NCBI RefSeq assembly: GCF_001758365.1
Contig: NZ_LZFO01000025.1
Coordinates: 1-32,000, forward strand
DNA length: 32,000 bases
Direction: 5' to 3'
DNA from: Clostridium acetireducens DSM 10703
GTDB lineage: Bacteria; Bacillota; Clostridia; Clostridiales; Clostridiaceae
How positions within the stretch are numbered: position 1 is the stretch's first letter; the number at the start of each line of letters is the position of its first letter. Shown one piece after another: positions 17,001 to 25,669 of the stretch. The notes below the pieces were generated by a model, which worked only from the letters and a program-made list of their open reading frames with translations, did not search any database and was not told where the DNA came from. A program made the position numbers and the translations under genes.

Positions 17001-18239
17001 CTACTTTCCTTCAATCTCTAATTTTTTTCTAAATCTTATTGCTAATATAGAGTTTACGATACCTAATGCTAATATTACTATTGTATATATGAATATATAC
17101 TTATAACCTTGATTCCCATATTTGTCTAACCATCCTCCAAAAATTGTAAACTGGAAAAGATCTGGCGAAAATCCTATAGCACATGTAATTCCTGCTGCAG
17201 TTGCAGAATACTTTTCGGCAATTTTTACTTCTGATTGTACTGCAAACATATTTGCTCTACCTATATAAGTAAATAATGATATTAATAATGTTAATACAAG
17301 TACTATATACATGTTTGTAGAAGCTGGCACATTCATAATTATCATTATTGTTGCAATAGCTCCCACTGCAGCTATTATTATGGCTTTTGATACTGAATTC
17401 ATTTTATCTCCTAAATATTCTCCTAATGGAGCTCCTGCAATACGTATAACATATGTTCTAATAATAGCAATTCCTCCTGCAAAAGCTGCTGAAACTCCTA
17501 AAACACTAGTACAATATGGAGTAAAGTATGACAATGTTACATATAGTGTATATATTGAAAATATTGCTATTCCAGTAAACCAAGTTCCTGGATATTTAAG
17601 CACTGTTAAAAAATCAGATGCAGTAATATTATCTTCTTTACTTTCTTCTTTATCCTTCTTAGGATTTTCAATCAATCCCCAAAGTATAGCAGCAACTACT
17701 AAGGAAGCAACTCCATATCCTATTACTACAATTTTAAATCCTCCTACTGACGATGCAGCCTTAGAAAATAAATATAATGCTATGGAGTTAACTATAATAC
17801 TACCTATTCCACCTGCCGATTCGGCTAACCCAAAAACTTTTCCCTGATTTTCATCATCACCTAATAACCTTAATATTTTTACATGAGCTGGGAAATATGC
17901 AAATAGTGCCGTAACCGCAAGTCCTATCCATATTATTACTGCAAATTTATAATTAAGATTAAATGCAAATAAAAAACATAATATTGCATTTCCAACTAAA
18001 GAAAGTAAATAGACCATTTTATGATTAAATTTATCTGATATCCATCCACCTATAGGTGCTCCCACTATGTTACCAATACCAAATATAGCTATAAGTACTC
18101 CAAGTTGAGCATTAGTTGCACCTAAACTCTCCACTAGTGGGTCATAAAACATATACTGAACAAAAGGTAGTGCATAAATAATAGCATATGCTGCACCTAT
18201 AAAGAAAATTGTGATAAAAGTTTTAAACTTTTTATTCAT
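17001..18239 (-). CDS. MFS transporter
   Basis: 412 aa, about 12 TM helices in a 6+6 layout with a central charged loop (KKDKEESKED). It contains an MFS-like GWISDKFNHK loop. Confidence 0.85.
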   Translation of the reverse strand: MNKKFKTFITIFFIGAAYAIIYALPFVQYMFYDPLVESLGATNAQLGVLIAIFGIGNIVGAPIGGWISDKFNHKMVYLLSLVGNAILCFLFAFNLNYKFAVIIWIGLAVTALFAYFPAHVKILRLLGDDENQGKVFGLAESAGGIGSIIVNSIALYLFSKAASSVGGFKIVVIGYGVASLVVAAILWGLIENPKKDKEESKEDNITASDFLTVLKYPGTWFTGIAIFSIYTLYVTLSYFTPYCTSVLGVSAAFAGGIAIIRTYVIRIAGAPLGEYLGDKMNSVSKAIIIAAVGAIATIMIIMNVPASTNMYIVLVLTLLISLFTYIGRANMFAVQSEVKIAEKYSATAAGITCAIGFSPDLFQFTIFGGWLDKYGNQGYKYIFIYTIVILALGIVNSILAIRFRKKLEIEGK

Positions 18240-18351
18240 CTTTACAACTCCTTTTAGTTTGTTTTTTATAATTTGAAACCAGGCACCTATAAGCTGTAAT
18301 TTTTTCCTTTACCACTATAGCAACAGGTCTCCAAACTAGAATTACTAATTT

Positions 18352-19530
18352 TTAAATACTTTCTTTTAGTAACTCTGCTAATATCTTTATTCCTTTTACT
18401 ATTTTGTCATTTTCCATAGTAGAATAATTCAAGCGTAGTGAGCTTTCACAATCTCCCTTAGGATAAAATGAACCTCCTGGTACAAAAGCAACTTTTCTTT
18501 CAATTGCTTTTTTAAGTAAATCTCTTGTATTTATATGAGATGGCAACTCTACCCATACAAACATGCCACCTTCTGGATAATAATATTTTGCTTCTTTAGG
18601 AAACTCTTCTTTTATTACCTTTATCATTAAATCCCTACGTTCCTTATATACCTTTTTAATTTTATTTAGATGTTCCTCAAGGTCATTTTCATTTAAATAT
18701 TCATCTATTTGCATTTGAGCTAACTCCGCAGACTGTAAATCTGAAGCATTTTTTAAAAGTTCATACTTTAATATAATATCTTTATCTGCGCATACCCAGC
18801 CTACTCTTAAACCAGGAGATAAAATTTTAGAGAATGAGCCTAAATGAATTACTCTACCATCTGTGTCCAATGATTTTATTGACGGAACACGTTCTCCTTC
18901 AAATCTTACCTCTCCATAAGCATTATCTTCGATTATTGGTAAATCATATTTACTTGCTATCTCTATAAGTTTTTTACGTCTTTCTAATGACCAAGTTCTA
19001 CCAGTAGGATTTTGAAAGTTAGGAATTACATAAATCATCTTTGCTTTTGGCGTATTTTTTAATACTTCTTCCAATTCATCCATTAGCATACCTTCATCAT
19101 CACCATTTACACCTACAAAACTAGTTTCAAAAGGCTTAAAAGCTGCTAAAGCACCTAAATAACTTGGATTTTCTGTAATAATTACATCATCTGAATCTAA
19201 AAACATCATAGTACTAAGTGTTATTGCCTGTTGCGAACCTGTTGTTACTGCAATATTATCTATTGTAGCCTTAACACCTTCTCTAGCCATAAGCTTAGTT
19301 ATTTTTTCCCTTAAAGAAGGTCTACCTAATGTAAGACCATATTGCAAAGCAATACTTGAATTTTCTTTTAAAACTTTATCTGTTGCAACTCTTATTTCCT
19401 CACTTGGAAAAAGATTTGGATCAGGTAATCCACCAGCAAAAGATATAGTTCCAGGGTTTGCAGCAATCATTTTCATAACTTCTCGAATATCTGAAGGTTT
19501 TAATTCCTCCATTCGATTAGCAAATTTCAT
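18352..19530 (-). CDS. PLP-dependent aminotransferase, class I/II fold
   Basis: NFQNPTG motif and the PLP-lysine motif SFSKILSPGLRVGW. 392 aa. Confidence 0.9.
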   Translation of the reverse strand: MKFANRMEELKPSDIREVMKMIAANPGTISFAGGLPDPNLFPSEEIRVATDKVLKENSSIALQYGLTLGRPSLREKITKLMAREGVKATIDNIAVTTGSQQAITLSTMMFLDSDDVIITENPSYLGALAAFKPFETSFVGVNGDDEGMLMDELEEVLKNTPKAKMIYVIPNFQNPTGRTWSLERRKKLIEIASKYDLPIIEDNAYGEVRFEGERVPSIKSLDTDGRVIHLGSFSKILSPGLRVGWVCADKDIILKYELLKNASDLQSAELAQMQIDEYLNENDLEEHLNKIKKVYKERRDLMIKVIKEEFPKEAKYYYPEGGMFVWVELPSHINTRDLLKKAIERKVAFVPGGSFYPKGDCESSLRLNYSTMENDKIVKGIKILAELLKESI

Positions 19531-19555
19531 TTTACTTCCTCCTTTAACTTAATAT

Positions 19556-20452
19556 TTATATATTCGAAGCCAAACATGCTAGAGCTATTGAATTTACCTT
19601 TATCTCTGCAGTATCTGACCTTGAACCTAAAATTATTGGGTTAGATCCTCCTAATATAATTCCTGCCCATTTGGCTTTATTAAAACGAAGCCATGATTTT
19701 CCTAACACATTTCCTGTTTCTATATTAGGAAATACTAATAAATCTACATCACCTGCAATACTACTATTAATACCTTTGTGTTTTGCAGCATTTTCATTAA
19801 ATGCAACATCAAATGCAATAGGTCCTTCTATAGTACATTCTGGAATTTCTCCCTTTCTTACTAATTTTACAAGACCATCAGCATCTACAGTTGATGATAC
19901 TTTAGGATCTACCATTTCATTAGCTGCTAATGCAGCTACTTTAGGCTTGTCTAAGCCTGCACTCTTCAAAGCTAATAATGCATTAGTTAATATATCCTTT
20001 TTCTGATCTAAATTTGGATTAACATTTACTCCACTATCAGTACAGTAAAGCAATTTGTGGTATCCTGGTAACTCATATACCGCTAATAAGCTAAGTAATC
20101 TACCAGTTCTTAATCCATGTTCTTTATTTAAAACTGCTCTTAAATAAGTCGAAGTATTTACCAAACCTTTCATAAGAACCTGAGCTTCTCCACTACTTAC
20201 AACTTTAACTGCTTCTAAAGCTACCTCATCTTTATTAGCAACATGAATTATTTCAAATTCTTTTAACCCTACATCCTTGGTCATACTTTCTATATTTTCC
20301 TTTTTGCCTACTAATATAGGATATATTAAACCTATTTCTGTAGCTATCTTTATGGCCTTTAGTACCTCTTTATCCTCTGCTTGAGCTACACTTACTTTAA
20401 ATCTTCCAATACCTTTTGCTTTTTCTAATAAATCTTTAAAATTTTTAATCAT
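19556..20452 (-). CDS. ptb: Phosphate butyryltransferase
   Basis: 298 aa, PTA/PTB fold, with segments VAQAEDKEVLKAI, ILVGKKENI and LMKGLVNTS. It is adjacent to buk, as in clostridial ptb-buk pairs. Confidence 0.88.
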   Translation of the reverse strand: MIKNFKDLLEKAKGIGRFKVSVAQAEDKEVLKAIKIATEIGLIYPILVGKKENIESMTKDVGLKEFEIIHVANKDEVALEAVKVVSSGEAQVLMKGLVNTSTYLRAVLNKEHGLRTGRLLSLLAVYELPGYHKLLYCTDSGVNVNPNLDQKKDILTNALLALKSAGLDKPKVAALAANEMVDPKVSSTVDADGLVKLVRKGEIPECTIEGPIAFDVAFNENAAKHKGINSSIAGDVDLLVFPNIETGNVLGKSWLRFNKAKWAGIILGGSNPIILGSRSDTAEIKVNSIALACLASNI

Positions 20453-20467
20453 TTTATCACTCCTAAC

Positions 20468-21529
20468 CTAATTATATATTTTTGCAACTTCTTCACCATT
20501 TAATACTCTTAATGCTCCTAAAGCCAATGCTTCCATTTCCATTTCTCCAGGAATAATTTTTATAGGAGCCATATAACTAATTCTATTTGCTATCTTAGAA
20601 GTTACTAATTTAGAATGAGCTATACCACCAGTTAATATTATTTTATCTATTTTTCCCAAAAGGCTTGCTCCATACATAGAAATTTCCTTAGATACTTGAT
20701 ATATAAATGCATCCATAATAAGCTTTGCTTTTTTATCTCCATTTTCTATCATATTTTCAATCTCTATCATATCTTTTGTTCCTAGATAATCATACATTCC
20801 ACCTATATTACTAACCTTATTTACCATTTCTTCTAAGGTGTACTTTCCAGAATAACACAATTTAATTAATGGATAAGTAAGTAACCCACCACTTCTTTCT
20901 GGTGAAAAAGGTCCATCTGATCTACCACCACTTCCATCTATCATCTGTCCATTATTGTGAGCTACTATAGATATTCCAGAGCCTAAGTGTGCAACAATAA
21001 AGTTATAATCTTCATACTTTCCACCCATCTCTTCTGCAACTTTTCTACAAACTGCCTTATGATTTAAAGAATGTAACCAGCTAGCCTTTTCAATATCTGA
21101 TAAACCTGTTATTCTAGATATATCTTGGAATTCATCCACTGAAACTGGATCAACTACAAAAGATGGTACATTAATTTCTTCAGCTATATTTTTTGCTAAA
21201 ACTGCTCCCAAATTAGAAGCATGCTCTCCACTGATTGCATTTCTTAAATCTTCTATCATTTTTTCATTTACATAGTAGGTTCCACCTTTTATAGCTTTCA
21301 TAAGTCCTCCCCTACCTACAACACAGTTAAAAGAGTTTATTGATAAATCGTTTTCTTTTAAAGTATTTAATATTAAATCTTTTCTATATTTGTATTGCTC
21401 AAATACAGTTTTAAAATCATTTAAATCATCCTGTGTATGCTTTATGTTTTTCTTGAAGATTTCCTTTTTGTCTTGAAATATAGATACTTTGGTAGAAGTT
21501 CCTCCTGGATTAATAACTAAAATATTCAT
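20468..21529 (-). CDS. buk: Butyrate (branched-chain acyl) kinase
   Basis: ASKHA-fold signatures ILVINPGGTSTK, AHLGSGISI and ILTGGIAHS. 353 aa. Confidence 0.92.
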   Translation of the reverse strand: MNILVINPGGTSTKVSIFQDKKEIFKKNIKHTQDDLNDFKTVFEQYKYRKDLILNTLKENDLSINSFNCVVGRGGLMKAIKGGTYYVNEKMIEDLRNAISGEHASNLGAVLAKNIAEEINVPSFVVDPVSVDEFQDISRITGLSDIEKASWLHSLNHKAVCRKVAEEMGGKYEDYNFIVAHLGSGISIVAHNNGQMIDGSGGRSDGPFSPERSGGLLTYPLIKLCYSGKYTLEEMVNKVSNIGGMYDYLGTKDMIEIENMIENGDKKAKLIMDAFIYQVSKEISMYGASLLGKIDKIILTGGIAHSKLVTSKIANRISYMAPIKIIPGEMEMEALALGALRVLNGEEVAKIYN

Positions 21530-21567
21530 ATGATTTACTTTATCCTCCTTTTTATAATATTTTTATA

Positions 21568-22998
21568 CTAAAAGGTTTTTGATTTATTTATGTTTACTTT
21601 TTCTTTAATTGGTTTACTTTCCCACAATACAAATATACCCATAAAAGAAAATATTATTGATACAAGCGGATTTATATAATTCAACAATGCATAGGGGGCA
21701 TATTTAAATGTTTCAATTCCAAGTGTAGAAGCTATAAAAGCTGCTCCAGCTGTCCAAGGTATAAATGCTTCAGTTAAAGTTCCTCCTTCTTCTAAATACC
21801 TACTTAACATAGATGGCTTTAGTCCTTTTTTCTTAAATTCATCCTTATAGAGGTTTCCATTAAGAATGAGACTTAGATATACTTCCCCCATAGCAGCATT
21901 ACCAATTATAGTAGATAGAATCACTATTATCGATAATAAGCCTGTGTTATGGACTTTATGTATAAAACCATGTATTAATGACTTTAAATAGCCAACATGT
22001 CCTAATACTCCACCTAAAGATATTGCAATAAAAGCTAAAGAAAATGTCCACATCATTCCTTGTATGCCACCTCTATTAAGAAGCCTATCTACTAACTCAA
22101 CTCCAGTATTTCCTGAATAGCCATAATTTATTGAAGATATAACTTGATTTAGAGTTGTATGTTGAACTACTACTGCAGTGATAGCAGCTACTGCAGCTCC
22201 AATTACCATAGCTGGTACCGCTGGTGTTCTTTTAATATTTAATGTAAACAATACTATCATTGGTAAAAATACTATTAGGTTCATATTAAAATTTGCTCCT
22301 AAAGTATTTATCAATAAATTGACTTCTTCTGTGTTTATAATGCCTCCAGTATATCTTAATCCAATTAACGTATATATAATCAATGCTATTATATATGACG
22401 GAATTGTTGTATAAGACATAGATTTAATATGGTCATATAAATCAGCTCCTGCTGCTGCTGCTGAAAGATTTGTAGTATCAGATATAGGTGACATTTTATC
22501 TCCAAAATATGCTCCCGAAATTATCATTCCTGCTGTTATAGGTGCAGGAATGCCTAATCCACTTCCCATGCCCATTAAAGCTATACCTATAGTACCTACT
22601 GTACCCCAAGAAGTTCCAGTTGCCATTGAAGTCACGCTACATAATATAAGTCCTATTGGAAGAAACAATTTAGGTTTAATGAACTGAAGTCCATAATAAA
22701 TAATTGCTGGAACCGTTCCTGAACTCATCCAAGAACTAATTATTACACCAATTAAAATAAATATCATTAAGGCAGGCATTACTTCACTGATACTTTTTTT
22801 CATACCCTCTGTAAGCTCCTCAAAGCTATATCCAAGCTTATATGACATAATACAACTAAAGCTTAATGCAATAATCAACAATACATGTAAATCTGCATCA
22901 AATAATGTAATTCCAAGAACTAGAATTGTCATTACTGTTAAAATTACAAATAAAGAAAATTTAAAGCTTGGTTGTATCTTTTTTTTACTGGTTCCCAT
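21568..22998 (-). CDS. NhaC-family Na+/H+ antiporter-type transporter (possible substrate/product carrier)
   Basis: 476-aa polytopic membrane protein with a GTSWGTVGTIGIALMG segment typical of the NhaC family. It is the first gene of the cluster. Confidence 0.85.
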   Translation of the reverse strand: MGTSKKKIQPSFKFSLFVILTVMTILVLGITLFDADLHVLLIIALSFSCIMSYKLGYSFEELTEGMKKSISEVMPALMIFILIGVIISSWMSSGTVPAIIYYGLQFIKPKLFLPIGLILCSVTSMATGTSWGTVGTIGIALMGMGSGLGIPAPITAGMIISGAYFGDKMSPISDTTNLSAAAAGADLYDHIKSMSYTTIPSYIIALIIYTLIGLRYTGGIINTEEVNLLINTLGANFNMNLIVFLPMIVLFTLNIKRTPAVPAMVIGAAVAAITAVVVQHTTLNQVISSINYGYSGNTGVELVDRLLNRGGIQGMMWTFSLAFIAISLGGVLGHVGYLKSLIHGFIHKVHNTGLLSIIVILSTIIGNAAMGEVYLSLILNGNLYKDEFKKKGLKPSMLSRYLEEGGTLTEAFIPWTAGAAFIASTLGIETFKYAPYALLNYINPLVSIIFSFMGIFVLWESKPIKEKVNINKSKTF

Positions 22999-23060
22999 AA
23001 AATTTCCTCCTAATTAATTTTTATCTATATGGTTTTCTACAAAAGTTATATTTCATCAGC

Positions 23061-23073
23061 AGAACATCGTTCC
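23061..23073. promoter_or_regulatory. Palindromic operator candidate, box 1 (AGAACATCGTTCC)
   Basis: GAAC-N3-GTTC dyad. An identical 13-mer recurs at 23125-23137. It lies between the likely promoter and the transporter ATG. Confidence 0.4.
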
Positions 23074-23124
23074 AATTATTAAATAAATAAAAATTTTTTG
23101 TTGCATTAATTATATTCCATTTTT

Positions 23125-23137
23125 AGAACATCGTTCC
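23125..23137. promoter_or_regulatory. Palindromic operator candidate, box 2 (AGAACATCGTTCC)
   Basis: Identical to box 1. It lies just upstream of a minus-strand TATAAT (plus-strand attata, roughly 23110-23115). Confidence 0.4.
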
Positions 23138-23166
23138 GAAAATAAAGTAAATAAAAATTTTCTTAT

Positions 23167-23191
23167 TCAGGTGGAACATAGCACCACCTGA
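23167..23191 (-). terminator. Hairpin after the iclR-family gene (terminator or attenuator)
   Basis: tcaggtgg-aacatagca-ccacctga forms an 8-bp GC-rich stem. On the minus strand the U-run starts about 8 nt later, so termination efficiency is uncertain. Confidence 0.4.
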
Positions 23192-23207
23192 TTTTACACT
23201 ATATTAC

Positions 23208-24002
23208 CTACTTTATGCCTTCTTCCCAATTAATTTCTTTTATAACCATACTAATTTTTTTCGCTGTTTTTACTAACTTTGATATTTTAAAATCAAGATC
23301 TTCTTTAATTATTCTAGAAGTAGGTCCTGATATGCTAATAGCTGCAATCGAATTACCATATTTATCTAATATAGGTGCTCCTATACATGTTAATCCAATT
23401 TCTTGTTCCTCATTATCAATTGCATATCCATTTTCTCTTACTTTTTTAATCTCATTAAGTAAATCATCCCAGTTAGTTAATGTATTCTCTGTATACTTTT
23501 TTAAAGACTTATGTGAAAGCTTTTCAAAGTTAATATCCTTTGAAAATGCAAGTAAACATTTTCCCACAGCTGAAACATGTATGTCAGAGCTAGAACCAAT
23601 ATTAGGATTTACTGAAAGTACTTTTTTGGTGTCAACTTCTTTTAATATTATAATACTTTTATATCCGTTTCTTGAACTTTTATCTAATATAGAAACGTTA
23701 ACCACTTCTTGAAATTCTTCAAAAAGTTCTTTAGCATAAGGCTTGATTAAATCAATCAATGATAATTTTTCACCAATAAGCAATCCCATAGCATAAATTT
23801 TAATTCCTAACCAATACTTGCCATTATCTTTGTTTTGATAAACAAAACCTTTATTTTCTAAAGTAGCTAAAGATCTATGAACTGTACTTTTATACAAATC
23901 TAATTCTCTAGCTATATCAGAAACTCCCATTTCTTTACCATTATTATATAAAGCTAATAGTATGTCTATAGCTCGATCAACAGAAATTATTATTTCTGAC
24001 AA
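23208..24002 (-). CDS. IclR-family transcriptional regulator
   Basis: N-terminal wHTH VSDIARELDLYKSTVHRSLATLENKGFV and C-terminal effector domain GLTCIGAPILDKYGNSIAAISISGP. 264 aa. Confidence 0.9.
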   Translation of the reverse strand: MSEIIISVDRAIDILLALYNNGKEMGVSDIARELDLYKSTVHRSLATLENKGFVYQNKDNGKYWLGIKIYAMGLLIGEKLSLIDLIKPYAKELFEEFQEVVNVSILDKSSRNGYKSIIILKEVDTKKVLSVNPNIGSSSDIHVSAVGKCLLAFSKDINFEKLSHKSLKKYTENTLTNWDDLLNEIKKVRENGYAIDNEEQEIGLTCIGAPILDKYGNSIAAISISGPTSRIIKEDLDFKISKLVKTAKKISMVIKEINWEEGIK

Positions 24003-24038
24003 TATTTTTCCCTCCTAAATAACAATAACAAACTATAT

Positions 24039-24053
24039 CGTAACGCCGTTCCG
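24039..24053. promoter_or_regulatory. Operator candidate, box 3 (CGGAACGGCGTTACG on the minus strand)
   Basis: It shares GGAACGnnGTT with boxes 1 and 2, and lies immediately downstream of the putative iclR -10. Confidence 0.35.
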
Positions 24054-24060
24054 TATTTAT

Positions 24061-24089
24061 ATCTTACCAACTATATCTTATTTTGTCAA
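24061..24089 (-). promoter_or_regulatory. Putative promoter of the IclR-family gene
   Basis: On the minus strand, TTGACA (24084-24089), a 17-nt spacer and TAAGAT (24061-24066). Confidence 0.45.
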
Positions 24090-24136
24090 TAGTATTTTTT
24101 ACCATATTATTCTTTATACAAAATTTTTATTAATTA

Positions 24137-24164
24137 TTGTTACATTTGGTGTTAAAATTATACT
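24137..24164 (+). promoter_or_regulatory. Putative promoter of the MATE gene
   Basis: TTGTTA (24137-24142), a 16-nt spacer and TATACT (24159-24164). Confidence 0.35.
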
Positions 24165-24242
24165 ACTAGGTTGTTTACTGTAATAAAATAATATAAAATA
24201 TAATATATCAAAATTTCACATAATTATAAAGGAGATGTATGT

Positions 24243-25574
24243 GTGCTATATAAGAATTCTATAAAAGATGTTTTGAAATTAGCAATTCCAGCAGTAGGTG
24301 AAATGATACTTTACATGACTATATGGGTACTTGACACAATTATGGTTGGACAATATGGTGGAAAATTATCTGTAAGTACTGTGGGAATAAGTTCTGAAAT
24401 AATATATACATTCATAAACATATTTATTTCTGTAGGAATTTCTATAGGCATAGCTTCTATAGTAGCTCGTAAAGTAGGTGCTAAAAAATATGATTCTGCC
24501 AGTGAATATGCTACTATAGGTTTTTCAATAGGAATGTTAATTTCCCTAATAATATTTTTATGCATATTTATACTTCCTGATAAAATATTAACACTAGCAG
24601 GTGCTGAAGAGGATGTAATAAATTTAGGTATTATTTATATGAAAATTGCTAGTATAGGAATGCTTTTTAACATGCTTATGAATATGTTAAATGGAGTCCT
24701 TAGAGGCTATGGCAATACAAAAACACCTCTAATTGCCTCCATTATAATAAATATAATTAATTTATTTTTAGATTATTCACTAATTTTTGGTCATTTTAAT
24801 TTCCCAGAGTTAGGTGTAAAAGGAGCTGCAATTGCAACTTCTATAGCACAATTTTCTGGTTTTTTATTTATTGCCTTTTATACTTATAAAACTTCTAAAA
24901 TAAAAATAAACTTCTTATATTTAAAAAATATTAAAAAGCATAAATTAAAAGAAATATTAAAATTATCTATACCTTCTTCTATGCAACAAGGTTCTTTAGA
25001 TTTTAGTAGACTTTTAAGTACTTTTATAATTATGAGAATAGGTACAGTTGCTTTTGCCGCTAATCAAATAACAACTACTATAGAATCCTTATCTTTTATG
25101 CCTGCATGGGGATTTTCAGTAGCTGCTACTACTTTAGTTGGGCATAAAATTGGTGAAAAAAATATAAAAAAAGCAAAAGAGTATGCCTATACTTGTGCAA
25201 CACTAGGCTGTCTATTAATGCTATTGTGTTCTATATTATTTTTATCTGCACCTAAATTCTTAATTTCATTATTTATTAAAAGCTCTGAAAAAGAAGTTAT
25301 AAATTTAGGAATCATTTGTCTTATGATAGCTGCATTAGAACAAGTTCCTATGGGAATTTCTATGATATTAGGAGGTGCTTTAAAAGGATACGGTGATACA
25401 AAAACTCCTTTTGTTATATCTTTAATATCTAGCTGGCTTATTAGACTTCCTTTAATATTTTACTTTATAAGTATTTTAAAATTATCTGTTATTTATGTAT
25501 GGTGGATTACTTCTATTCAATGGATATTTGAGGGTTTAACAATATTCTTATTATTTAAGAAAAAAATTAATTAA
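24243..25574 (+). CDS. MATE-family multidrug/toxin efflux transporter
   Basis: 443 aa, 12 TM helices, and the duplicated half-motif RGYGNTKTPL / KGYGDTKTPF. GTG start with AAAGGAG 8 nt upstream. Confidence 0.9.
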   Translation: MLYKNSIKDVLKLAIPAVGEMILYMTIWVLDTIMVGQYGGKLSVSTVGISSEIIYTFINIFISVGISIGIASIVARKVGAKKYDSASEYATIGFSIGMLISLIIFLCIFILPDKILTLAGAEEDVINLGIIYMKIASIGMLFNMLMNMLNGVLRGYGNTKTPLIASIIINIINLFLDYSLIFGHFNFPELGVKGAAIATSIAQFSGFLFIAFYTYKTSKIKINFLYLKNIKKHKLKEILKLSIPSSMQQGSLDFSRLLSTFIIMRIGTVAFAANQITTTIESLSFMPAWGFSVAATTLVGHKIGEKNIKKAKEYAYTCATLGCLLMLLCSILFLSAPKFLISLFIKSSEKEVINLGIICLMIAALEQVPMGISMILGGALKGYGDTKTPFVISLISSWLIRLPLIFYFISILKLSVIYVWWITSIQWIFEGLTIFLLFKKKIN

Positions 25575-25590
25575 TATATAAATAAGAATT

Positions 25591-25669
25591 ATAATTATGT
25601 TGTTAAATAAAAAATGATTGAGATAATTAAAAATAATCTCAATCATTTTTTATTTAACAACATAATTAT
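25591..25669. terminator. 34-bp perfect inverted repeat; bidirectional terminator between convergent MATE and spmB
   Basis: ataattatgttgttaaataaaaaatgattgagat (25591-25624) is the exact reverse complement of 25636-25669. The loop is 11 nt. The right arm covers the spmB stop codon. Confidence 0.7.

Noticed and set aside
17311-17847. 178-aa plus-strand ORF inside the MFS transporter gene
   Set aside because: It is a shadow ORF antisense to a convincing 12-TM transporter, with no SD and no recognisable motif. The same reasoning applies to 7026-7337, 11998-12180, 14593-14799, 15215-15433, 16777-16959, 19671-20006, 22178-22414, 30413-30625 and 31557-31766.
18306-18318. T-box-like string (minus strand ATAGTGGTAAAGG) between the aminotransferase and MFS genes
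   Set aside because: The gap is only 112 nt, leaving no room for Stem I or a specifier loop, and no terminator/antiterminator pair follows. I take it as a chance match to UGGUA.
23061-23164. Repeat-spacer appearance (two similar ~40-bp units, 64 bp apart) as a mini CRISPR array
   Set aside because: There are only two copies, the units are AT-rich and imperfect outside the 13-bp palindrome, no cas genes are present, and the location is a promoter region.
23215-23712. 165-aa plus-strand ORF antisense to the IclR gene
   Set aside because: It lies entirely within the IclR-family CDS, which has clear HTH and effector-domain motifs. The antisense product has no features and no SD.
24311-24565. 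84-aa minus-strand ORF inside the MATE gene; also 26392-26700 (+) and 26533-26757 (-) inside spmA
   Set aside because: These are shadow ORFs within well-supported membrane-protein genes, without translation signals.
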